From NCBI GenBank assembly GCA_963773065.1, contig CAVYZN010000016.1:64001-128000 (forward strand): a DNA stretch of 64,000 nucleotides. The letters are read 5' to 3'. The notes beneath the pieces are model-generated. The model saw only the letters and a program-made list of their open reading frames with translations. It ran no database searches and was not told the origin of the DNA. Shown in pieces: positions 54,659-64,000 of the stretch (its first letter is position 1; each line of letters begins with the position of its first letter). Source of the DNA: an uncultured Gammaproteobacteria bacterium (GTDB lineage: Bacteria > Pseudomonadota > Gammaproteobacteria > UBA9214). The position numbers and the translations under genes were made by a program.

Positions 54659-54901
54659 TCATGCCGCCTTGATTTCCTTGACATCAAGGCCCAGCCCCTG
54701 CGCAACTCCTTCCCCGTACGCCGCATCCGCCCTGTAGAAGTGGCGCACCTGGCGCACCTGGATTTCGCGCGGCACACCCTGCATGGCGCCGACGAGGTTG
54801 CCGATCAGGCGCTGCTTCTCCCCGGCGTTCATGAGCCGGTACAGGTTGCCGGGCTGAACCTAGTCGTTTTTGTTGCCGGCCCACGGGTCGTAGCGACCGT
54901 C
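54659..54901 (-). pseudogene. C-terminal relic of a monofunctional catalase
   Basis: RYD..ND*VQPGNLYRLMNAGEKQRLIGNLVGAMQGVPREIQVRQVRHFYRADAAYGEGVAQGLGL. Confidence 0.8.
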
Positions 54902-54970
54902 GGGTTACTTCTGTGATAAAGCTTAGACGTGTGCGGCGGATGCGGCTAGTTGATTGTCGGCATGGGGGCG

Positions 54971-54985
54971 ATAGCCGCTGGCTAT
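54971..54985. promoter_or_regulatory. OxyR-type half site
   Basis: ATAG-N7-CTAT upstream of the catalase relic and dps. Confidence 0.55.
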
Positions 54986-55003
54986 CGGCGCCGATGGGGA
55001 AGG

Positions 55004-55084
55004 AAAAACGGGGACATTCTGGATTATTACTGGATGAGCCACGAGCGTGGCATGAAATCATTAATCCAGAATGTCCCCGTTTTT
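55004..55084. repeat. About 80-bp inverted-repeat element (copy B), overlapping the oxyR stop
   Basis: Perfect 23-bp IR AAAAACGGGGACATTCTGGATTA. Confidence 0.85.
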
Positions 55085-56008
55085 TCCGAGGTAGGTGACA
55101 CAGTCGAGCGCGCAGGCGCGGATCGCCTGGCGCAGCGCCTCGATCGCCTTCGGGCGCGGGAAGCTCACGCGCCAGGCGAGCGCCACGCGCCGCCGCGGCG
55201 GGTCGGCGAACGGCCGCACCAGCGTCAATTCCGACCGGTAGTGGCCCGGCCCCTCGGCCGCCGTGCACGGCAGCACGGTGATGCCCATGCCGGAGGCCAC
55301 CATGTGGCGGATGGTTTCGAGCGAACTGCCTTCGAAAGTCTTTTGCAGCCCACCCTCGACGGAGGGCGGACTGACGCAACTGGGGCAGGCCGCGACGACC
55401 TGATCGCGGAAGCAGTGCCCGGCGCCCAGCAACAGGACGGTCTCGGAACCGAGATCGTCGGTGGTGATCGCTGCGCGCCTGCGCCAGGGATGCGCCGCCG
55501 GCGCCATGGCGACAAACGGCTCGTCGTACAACGGCAAGGTGACGACGCCCGGTTCCTCGAACGGCAGACAGGCGAGGACCACATCCAGCTCGCCTTGCAG
55601 GAGACGCTCGCCCAGCCGCGCCGTGTAGTTCTCTTCGATGACCAGCGGCATGAGCGGCGCCGAGGCGTGCAGGACCGGCACCAGGCGCGGAAAGAGGTAA
55701 GGGCCGACGGTGTAGATCGCGCCGATGCGCAGCGGTCCGGCGAGCGGATCATGTGCCTGCCGGGCGATGCGCCTGACACCTTCCATCTCCTCGAGCACGC
55801 GGCGCGCCTGCTCGACGATGCGCTCGCCGACCGGCGTGACCGCGACCTCGGTCTTGCCGCGCTCGAACAGGGCGACGCCGAGTTCTTCTTCCAGCTTCTT
55901 CACCGCCACGCTCAGCGTCGGCTGGCTGACGGGGCAGACCTCGGCCGCGCGTCCGAAATGACGCTCGCGCGCGAGCGCCACGATGTAGCGAAGTTCGGTA
56001 AGGGTCAT
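55061..56008 (-). CDS. oxyR: Hydrogen peroxide-sensing LysR regulator
   Basis: MTLTELRYIVALARERHFGRAAE, GHCFRDQVVAAC, GSSLETIRHMVASG; next to the catalase relic and dps. Confidence 0.9.
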   Translation of the reverse strand: MTLTELRYIVALARERHFGRAAEVCPVSQPTLSVAVKKLEEELGVALFERGKTEVAVTPVGERIVEQARRVLEEMEGVRRIARQAHDPLAGPLRIGAIYTVGPYLFPRLVPVLHASAPLMPLVIEENYTARLGERLLQGELDVVLACLPFEEPGVVTLPLYDEPFVAMAPAAHPWRRRAAITTDDLGSETVLLLGAGHCFRDQVVAACPSCVSPPSVEGGLQKTFEGSSLETIRHMVASGMGITVLPCTAAEGPGHYRSELTLVRPFADPPRRRVALAWRVSFPRPKAIEALRQAIRACALDCVTYLGKNGDILD

Positions 56009-56290
56009 GGTGCGGTGATTCTACCGTTTATTTCCGCGAGCACACATTCACTGACGAAGCGGGTGAATTTTCTATCCGTACCGTAAATCCATGACGTTCC
56101 GTACGCCAGCGTCTGTAAAAGGTGATCGACTTCGTGTAGCCTTCTTTGCGAAGCCGGACAGTCCCGCTTTGCTTCGGCCTGGCGCGGTAACAAGGTCGGT
56201 CATTGGGTTGGTATTCCCCGTTGGCTCCACCTTGAAGTGCCGGCTTGAAATCTATCGAATTACCCTTTTCCCTAAAGAAGGAGTGTCCCC

Positions 56291-56464
56291 ATGAATATCA
56301 ACCTGAGCCTTACCCCGCTGGTGTCGCTGGTTGCCGGCATTCTCATTCTGGTCGTGCCGCGCTTATTGAACTACATCGTCGCCATTTATTTAATCGTCAT
56401 CGGCCTGATTGGGCTGTTTGGCCACGGCAGGTTAGCGATGGCGCCTGCTCGCACGTCCGACTGA
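56291..56464 (+). CDS. DUF3096 small membrane protein, copy 1 (extended C-terminus)
   Basis: PLVSLVAGILILVVPRLLNYIVAIYLIVIGLIGL. Confidence 0.8.
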   Translation: MNINLSLTPLVSLVAGILILVVPRLLNYIVAIYLIVIGLIGLFGHGRLAMAPARTSD

Positions 56465-56794
56465 CGTTTGCGCGCCAGCGCCACGATGTAGCGAAGTTCG
56501 GTGAGGGTCATGGTGCGGTGATTCTACCGTATATTTCCGCGAGCACACATGCACTGACGAAGCGGGTGAATTTTCTATCCGTACCGTAAATCCATGACGT
56601 TCGGTACGCCAGCGTCTGTAAAAGGTGATCGACTTCGTGTAGCCTTCTTTACGAAGTTGGACAGTCCCGCTTTGCTTCGGCTTGGCGCGCTAATAAGGCG
56701 GTGATTGGGTTGGAATTACCCGATGGGCTCCACAGTGAAGCGCCGGTTTGAAATCTATCGATTTACCCTCTTCACCTAAAGAAGGAGCGTTCCC

Positions 56795-56941
56795 ATGAAT
56801 ATCAACCTGAGCCTTACCCCGCTGGTGTCGCTGGTTGCCGGCATACTCATTCTGGTCGTGCCGCGCTTATTGAACTACATCGTCGCCATTTATTTAATCG
56901 TCATCGGCCTGATTGGGCTGTTTGGCCACGGCAAGTTATAA
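56795..56941 (+). CDS. DUF3096 small membrane protein, copy 2
   Basis: Same first 46 aa, ends GKL*. Confidence 0.82.
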   Translation: MNINLSLTPLVSLVAGILILVVPRLLNYIVAIYLIVIGLIGLFGHGKL

Positions 56942-56989
56942 CGATGAGCGCCCGGTCACTAGCCGTTACGCATTCAGGGGGGAAATACT

Positions 56990-57286
56990 ATGGAAGATGA
57001 AATAAAGCAAAACCTGCGCAATCGCAAGACATGGCTGCGCGCGCTCTATATGTTGCTGTTTATGGTTATCTATGGTGTTGCCGAGTTTATCATCGCGGCC
57101 GTCGTGCTGTTCCAGTTATTCTCTGTACTGTTCACCGGCAGTACCAATGAGCGACTGTTGACGCTGGGGCAGAATCTCAGCACCTACGTTTATCAGATTG
57201 TTCTTTTTCTCACCTTTAACAGCGATGACCACCCCTATCCGCTGGGAGAATGGCCACAGGGGACGCCAACGGATACTGTCTATTGA
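56990..57286 (+). CDS. DUF4389 membrane protein
   Basis: WLRALYMLLF..Q..LFTG..NERL..G..LS.Y..FLTFNSDDHPYP. Confidence 0.85.
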   Translation: MEDEIKQNLRNRKTWLRALYMLLFMVIYGVAEFIIAAVVLFQLFSVLFTGSTNERLLTLGQNLSTYVYQIVLFLTFNSDDHPYPLGEWPQGTPTDTVY

Positions 57287-57481
57287 TGGCTGCAACCGAT
57301 AACGACGGTGAAACACCACAAGGCGCTCAACTATGGCGCGGTCTACAGCGCCACGCGCTGGTTTGACGTTACGTCCCGGAAACGAACCCTGCCGCGACAT
57401 TTATCCCGAGGAATCCCGGCATTTGTTTTGCGCTATGCGGATTTCAACCTTCAACCACCTGGTCTGGAAACAGCAGGCGTG

Positions 57482-59950
57482 TCACGTCGCTGTTCCGGGT
57501 GATCCGGCGTGCGGCTGATGCTTATCGCGACAGTCAGCCGTGCCCTTGGCGGATAACCCCTTATTTAATATCCATTGCAGGGGGACAACCGCGGCCCTCC
57601 CGGTCCAGTTCACCGCGGTGCTGAACAAGTCGCGCAGCCTGTTTCCGGAATCGTGATCATTCCCTTCCAATTCAAACACCACATCCGTTGCCGCACCCGA
57701 CGGGTCAAGATAGCCCTGAAAACCGGTGGCGCCGATACGGGCATGAAAGGGGGAACGCATCGTCTTTCCCCCGCGGATCTGACTGGAGAGAGAAACCTCC
57801 GTGATTTCCACCGGCTTGATGAGGAGATGTTCTATGGCCAGTTCGATGTCCGCATTCTTGATCTCGACACGCTTGGGGAGGATGGGCATGTCGATGGCAA
57901 TACCCTTTTTCGCAGCATCCCCATCGCCGGACTTGAGTACCGGTAATAGCCCGTCAAGATCGGCGGGGTCCAGCGCATCGACGTGCATGCTCGCATGGAG
58001 CAGGGGTATTTGCTCATCCACGGACCAATCCAGGTCACCGTTGAGTTGCGTCTTCCCGGTACTTGCCTGGAGAAACTGCAGGCGTCCGACATTTTCAGAA
58101 AGTATCAGTTGACCACGGGCGGTATAGGACGCCTCCGCGCAGGGCGAGACTCCGAACCAGTCGGCGAGATCGCCAATGCGTTTACCGGAGAGATGCAGAT
58201 TCAGCCGGGTTTGTGTATGATCCGCGCGCGCTTGCCAGCGAGCCGTTGATGCCAAACGCGGCGCCGCCCCCGGTGGCGGACAAGTCGACAGGCCAGCCTT
58301 CGCGCTTGAGGAGCGCTTCCAGGCCGCCCCCGGTGAATTCGATAGTTAAAGGGGTCGTTGAGCAAGGTTCCCTGCGCGCTCACCGACATTTCCTTACCCC
58401 CGGGAATCGTCAACGCCAGATCATCCAGCGTGAGATCGACAGGCTTTCCGCCGGCGACATTACCGTACGAGAGTTGCGCGCCGGTTAGGTTCAGTCCGAT
58501 GTCAAACCCGTTCAGGAAATCCACCGTGCGGGCATCGCTCGTGGCGGCATGGAACTCGATCTGATTGAATCTGCCCCGGATGCCTTCGATCCCCGTCAGA
58601 CTCTCGGCGAGCTTTGCTGCGTTGGCATCCGTGGCGGTGAGTCCCAATTTCAGCACGGGACCGTCACCCTGCCGGTTCACTGCCAGGTCACCGTGGAAAG
58701 GTACTTCGGCAATGGTTGCATCCAGCGGCGCGCTCAGCCGCCCGTCCCGCACGGACAGCCTCAGGCTGGCATTGCGGATAGCGACCGGGGTATGAATGAA
58801 CTCCTGAACGGTGATCGCGGCATTGATATCGACAGCCTCGAGCCACCCAGGGACATCCGCCGAACGCCCCGCCGGTGATCCAGCGGTCTGGTGACGGGGA
58901 GATGATCCATCCGCCGCATGCGATGACCCGGTAGCGGAGAGGAGCGCCGCATCGAGCGCCGATACCCGCAGGTCACCGGTGATGCGTGGCCGCGGTGCAT
59001 CGAAGCGCGCGGATAACTGCCCCCGCAGCGCGGATTGCCCGAACCTGGCCACGATGTCCATGAGATCCAAACCGGAATCCGAAGCCGCCAGCCGGCCACG
59101 CATCATGGCTTCTCCGATGGCAGGCAGACGCTCGCCATGCAGCTCAAATTCCATTGCAGGCCCGTGTTCTGGATGCGACGCGTCCACTGTGCCGTTCAGC
59201 GCCAGGCTTGCGCCCGCGATGGTCGCCGTGATTTGCAGCGGCCAGTTTTCGGAGGAATGCCAGCAGTTCCGAGAGAGTTCCGCCTGTCAGGTTTGCAACA
59301 TAGGGTTCCTGTCCAATGCCGCCACGGATCAGCAGGTCAAGGGGCTGGTCGAGCAGGGAGCTGCCGCTGATCTCATCGAGTTTGATCCGATAATGTTGGC
59401 CCGTTCTGTCATCCCGGTAGGACAAGACGATATTGAGCAGGGACAGATCCCGCAGTTCCTGCTGCCGGATCACCGGCGCTTCGCTTCTCGGTGTCATAGG
59501 TGATGGCGCGTGATCGGTCGATGCCCGGGCATCGGCATGGCGCCAGTTACGTGAACCATCCCCGCGGGTTTCCAGCGTGATGCTGACGTCCTGAATCAGG
59601 AGTCGTGCGATGTAGGGCCTGCCCCTCAGCAAGGCTATGAGTCCGAGCCTCGCCTCCACCCGATCGGCCTGCAGAAGGTCCGTGCCATCCTGTCCACCGG
59701 AACCGGCGATACCCAAGCCGTGCACCACGACGGTTGGACCGAGTGTGGGTCTTAATTCAATCGGTCCGCCGATGCGGACTTCCCGGCCGAGCGCGCGGGA
59801 TGCCGCAGTCTCTATGGGATCCCGGAGGACATCGAGACGGACGGTAACACCCAGGGCCAGCACCATCAGCCAGACGATAATCAATCCCGCCAGCAGGGCA
59901 GCGAAGGATGTGGCAATCCGGCGGATCGCACGCTTAAGGCCCTTATTCAT
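57482..59950 (-). CDS. AsmA-family protein, in three frames
   Basis: N-terminal TM, ASRALGREVRIGG, G.RNW, G.S.LRG.L..RPRITGDL..LD. Confidence 0.75.
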
Positions 59951-60199
59951 CGAGCAGGTATTCTGCGCCTCATGGGGTGTTTCAAGCCAGGAGAACCGAC
60001 CGAAATCCGCGCCGACTGAGCATGCAAGATCGGAGAATGATTGATTGCAAGCCATGACCCCGATGCGTCTACAGCGCCTTATATTTCATCGCCGGCTATT
60101 TGAACCGGGATGCCGCCGAAGCTTAGGGTTGGAAATTGCGCGTGGGGACAGTGGCCGGGTGGCGCTCGGGTGAGGGCGCCGCTCCATCACGCGAGCCGG

Positions 60200-61468
60200 T
60201 TATTGCAGGGAGGTGATATGGCTGTGGTTGCCCGCAGCCGGTGTGCCCTGGTCTGCGTACTTGCGTCTTAACAGGCGAGTCAGGAACGCCATGAAAGTGC
60301 GTGGCTTGAATCTGAAAGGATCGAATTTACTTTCCCGCGAAAACCCCTGTGGCAACGCACGGCCAGGCGCTGCGTCGAGTTCCTCGATGACCGTACCGAG
60401 ATAGACAGCCGCGGCCGGAACGGGGGCAATCCCGCCCATGCGGGGTTTCAGGTACCCGATGTTTTCCACGCGTTTCGCCAGTGACGGCATGGGATCATCC
60501 CAGCGCGGTTCTCTGTCCATGGCCTTCTTCAGCCACTCCAAACCCCGGTCGCCCTGCAGCCCGGCGCGTAACACCGAAGCCATCCCCGCATGCGGTTTCA
60601 GCATGGCCTCCCGCACACGCGCCGAAAGTTTCCTGTACACCGGCCAGAATTTCTCCTCGAGGTACAGGCGGCATACCGTCTCGACCGTGATCGTGTCAAG
60701 CACCTCCTCGTCGCTGCACACTTCCATCGCATAGCTGTCTGCCGCCAGTTCGTCGAGGCGGGCGGCGGGCAGGCTGATCGATTCGTAGAGTGGTGCAAAG
60801 ACCGAGAAGAACCAGCGCACCGGCTGGAAGCCGGGGTCTGCAGCTTTGGTTGCGATACCATACAGTGGCCAGATCCGGCGCAGTTGATAGAGCCAGTTCC
60901 CCAGCGGGTTGTGGCGTTTCGAGAATTGGCCCAGTCGGCGTGCCAGCGCGCAGCGAAACTGGGCAGCGGAAAGACTCTGCATCAGCGGCAGGCCGATGAC
61001 CAGCGTGTTCATCGACCACACGGGCAGGGCCCAGCACGGGGTCTTCACGACCTCGAGTGCAAACGCGCCGGTTATCACCATGCGGTCGATCCGGGGATGA
61101 CGGTAATGCCTGTGCAGTTCTTCCACCAGTTCGAAGAGTGCGGGCGCCTTTTTCCGATCGAGTACGATGCCTGCGGGTAATGCCGGCCTGAACTGTGCCA
61201 CGCGGTAGGTAACCAGCGCGGAGAATACCGTTACGGCTGACCAGACGATCAAATGGGTCCAGGCGACAGCCGGCTGGCCGATCAGGGCATCATAGCTGCC
61301 CGAGACGCCCGCCAGTACCAGCCATGGAAACAACAGCAGCCAGCCATAGCCGGCGACCGCGAAGCCGGTTACCACCAGCAGATAGCCGCGAGGGTATGTC
61401 TCCGCAAGGGATTCGATTCCGGTACCGATATGCTGCAGGAGTGACTGTCTCCATCCCGTCTCTGACAT
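60200..61468 (-). CDS. M48 peptidase-like membrane protein lacking HEXXH
   Basis: Two TM helices, APALFELV, LVIGLPLMQSLS..FRC.LARRLGQF, ELAAD, P.LAKRV. Confidence 0.72.
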   Translation of the reverse strand: MSETGWRQSLLQHIGTGIESLAETYPRGYLLVVTGFAVAGYGWLLLFPWLVLAGVSGSYDALIGQPAVAWTHLIVWSAVTVFSALVTYRVAQFRPALPAGIVLDRKKAPALFELVEELHRHYRHPRIDRMVITGAFALEVVKTPCWALPVWSMNTLVIGLPLMQSLSAAQFRCALARRLGQFSKRHNPLGNWLYQLRRIWPLYGIATKAADPGFQPVRWFFSVFAPLYESISLPAARLDELAADSYAMEVCSDEEVLDTITVETVCRLYLEEKFWPVYRKLSARVREAMLKPHAGMASVLRAGLQGDRGLEWLKKAMDREPRWDDPMPSLAKRVENIGYLKPRMGGIAPVPAAAVYLGTVIEELDAAPGRALPQGFSRESKFDPFRFKPRTFMAFLTRLLRRKYADQGTPAAGNHSHITSLQ

Positions 61469-61619
61469 GGCATTGCCTCGACCGACCGTGTGTACGGTGA
61501 CTGTGTATTACCTAGGGAACCAGAGTAACGCTCCGCCGGATTCATGCCGAGACGGTAGTCACGCTTCGTGCATGCGGTCTTGCCATGGTAGGCGATTCCG
61601 CCTGTTAAATCAGTTTCGC

Positions 61620-63891
61620 TCAATAAGTGACCGCATGCATGGCTTTGCGTGTAATCAATAATAGGTCGGCGATAGTAAATACATCAGCAGGCGAAGTGGC
61701 TGGCGCACCATTGACCAGGGGCGCTACGTTACCGCGCGCCAATTGGTCGGATGTCAGCGTTACCAGCCCTAACACGGCACGGTTTGCGATAAGCACATCA
61801 GCCGCATTTACCACCCTGTCGTTGTTGATGTCGCCCCATACCGGAAAATTGGTTTGGGATAAGGGGTCGTAATTGGCCGCCACTTCCGTTCCATCCTTGA
61901 AACCGTCGCCATCCGTGTCTTTATTCAAGGGATTGGTACCGGTACTTCTAACTTCATTGAAGTCGGTCAGCCAGTCGCCGTCGGTGTCGCTTGAGAGCGG
62001 GTTAAGGTCCTGGGCGGGATCATAGGACAAGGCATCACCGTCCCAGGCAACTTCCTCGTAGTCGGAGAGGCCGTCGCCATCGGTGTCGATATTGGTTGGA
62101 CTGGTGCCGATGCTCGCTTCAAGGGTGTCGGACAATCCGTCATTGTCACGGTCCGTTTCACAGAGCCCCACGATGCCGTCACCGTCATCATCCTCATCCA
62201 GCTCTCCCTTGTCGATAGCGAGCAGGTAACTCTCCGGAATATGCCCCGGCGCGTAATCGCGGTAGCGGTGATAACGCGCCAGATCCGGATTCGCGTCCAG
62301 CAATTCCGCCAGCGGCAGCAAGGCGGCCTTGAGATCCGCCTCGGTCTTTGCGTTGCTGACTGAGCAGACCAGCGTTGTGTACTGGGTAATGATGGCCTCG
62401 TTGAGCGGAGTGATGAGTGAGGTGTATTCACCGTAGGTCAGGCCACCCAGCTCTATGTTGACCTTGCCCGCGTAGTTGGGATCGCCGTAACACGGGATGC
62501 TGGCGGGGTCCGCATGGCGAAATTCATCCGCCAGTTCGCTGTAGTGCCAGTACATGGAGACCTCGTAGAGCAGGCCGCTCTCATTCGGACCCTTGGTGGT
62601 GTCGTCGGCCGTGACGACGCCGACGCCGCCGATCTTCGCGACGGTAAACGCCTTGGCAAAGGTGCCGCCGATGCGTTGACCGTTTCTTGCTCAACGGGCA
62701 GGTAATCGATCTTGTTGCCGCCCGACAGGCCATTGCTGGCGGGCTGCAGCGTATAGGCGGCGTTGCCGCTGCCGTTGTCGACCTTCAGCAACTGCACGGT
62801 CAAGCGCGCCGTTGCGCCAGCGGTAGCCGGACTGCCTTCAGTGCTATACAGCGCGGTGATATGCAGGTTCTTCGCCGGATCGCGCAGATAGTCCAGCGGT
62901 GGCGGCGATTGCGGATCCGCGCCATTGCAAGTGGAATAGGTGTGCGGCGTCAGCGTACCCGCCTGGTAGGTGGCCACGGCCGCTTCCGCCCGCGTCAGGG
63001 TTGCCCGGTCCGTGTAGCAGAGCTTCTCCCGGTAGTCATGCAATCCCAGCACACACGCCGAGCGCGTGGCGTGGATGCCCGCATAGAGTATCGCTCGCCG
63101 CTCAAAGCCGACACGCAGCGTCGGTATCCGAACTGAGTCCGTGCTGGACCGCATACGCCCCGGTGGGGCAGGTGGCCGGGTCGCTACCGTAGATGCCCGC
63201 CAGGGTGAAGACGAGACCGCCGCCATTGACGGTATCCACCAGCGCCGAGGGCGCTGTCCCGCTCTCGAGCTGGCTGGTGATCATGTCCTGGTAGGCAACG
63301 ACCGGCCAGGTGCGGCAGCCGATCTGCAGGATGCCGCCGTTGGAGCGGTCCGCATTGGCCAGCACCACGATGAACTTCTGGTTCGAATCGAACGGCGTGG
63401 AGCCACCCAGGGCATAGACCTTCGAGGCCATGCCGGCTTCCGGGTTGCCATTGGCGTCGGTCTGCAGGGTGTCATAGGCGCGGTTCAGCTCGCCTTCAAC
63501 CGCAGCGAGGCATTTACCGTCAACCTCTACCCCGACTTCATTGGGACACATTGCCACAGGGAGAAACGCCCTTATATTCAGGCGCCAGACTGGCGAGTCC
63601 CCGTCGGGGCTCGAGCCGGAAGAGATCCACGTAAGTGACTCCGTTGACGGTGTCGTAGTCGTGAAAGTGACCATCGACCCCGCGCCCCAGTCCGTCACCT
63701 AGTGTGACGTTATAGCCCTGGCTTTGCTTGACTGTGGAATTTGTTGCCGTCGTGCCATTATGGGGACTGTCGGTGTGCACCTCGATATGGCCGTTTAAAA
63801 ACGACATGGGGGCCACGACGTCGGTGGCATAGGCGGGATAGACGATTGACAGAAGAAGTAATGCAGCAAGATGGGTGGCTATTTTGTTCAT
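61620..63891 (-). CDS. Large secreted protein with TSP3-like Ca-binding repeats and a C-terminal dockerin-like module; several frameshifts
   Basis: Signal peptide [26 protein letters not shown] repeats, [21 protein letters not shown]. Confidence 0.72.
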
Positions 63892-64000
63892 TGTTTTCAC
63901 TTTGTCTGCAGATAACGGAATGAGCATGACGCATCTGCTGATTTATAAGGTATTTTCAATACAGAGAAGTACCACAGAAGACAAAGTGTTTCCAGTTTAT

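Larger units (their letters stand above)
55950..56941. repeat. Diverged tandem duplication (about 485-bp unit, offset about 503)
   Basis: oxyR 5' end, intergenic region and DUF3096 gene repeated at about 55950-56434 and 56454-56938. Confidence 0.9.

Noticed and set aside
345-63891. Widespread pseudogenisation or programmed frameshifting (usp, araC, ygiQ, recC, recB, mlaC, yeiH, aprAB, asmA)
   Set aside because: Single-base indels are scattered through conserved genes with otherwise intact sequence, which long-read consensus error explains best

Overview
GC-rich proteobacterial chromosome segment, most likely from a sulfur-oxidising gammaproteobacterium. Many genes carry 1-bp indels typical of an unpolished long-read assembly. 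Core genes are ygiQ, recCBD, an RND efflux pair, aprMBA, oxyR/dps and asmA. Accessory content includes a complete IS110-family (IS1111-type) element with a highly structured non-coding region (candidate bridge/seek RNA) and two probable orphan IS110 ends. There is also a low-GC island of small genes separated by clusters of ~30-bp palindromes, MITEs and a degenerate attC, plus a bufferin-type RiPP cluster (BufA2-DUF692-DUF2063). That cluster is followed by a phosphatase closely resembling the plant glucan phosphatases LSF2/SEX4, which faces a Ser/Thr kinase. Further on are an S8 protease with a PrcB partner, a toxin-antitoxin cluster with several orphan antitoxins, a catalase relic and a ~0.5-kb tandem duplication. 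Several REP-like families occur: one is inserted in frame inside recC, one supplies the OxyR C-terminus, and one is built from CsrA-consensus GGA hairpins. No rRNA, tRNA or CRISPR array was seen. Family assignments are from motif recognition and memory, not database searches.
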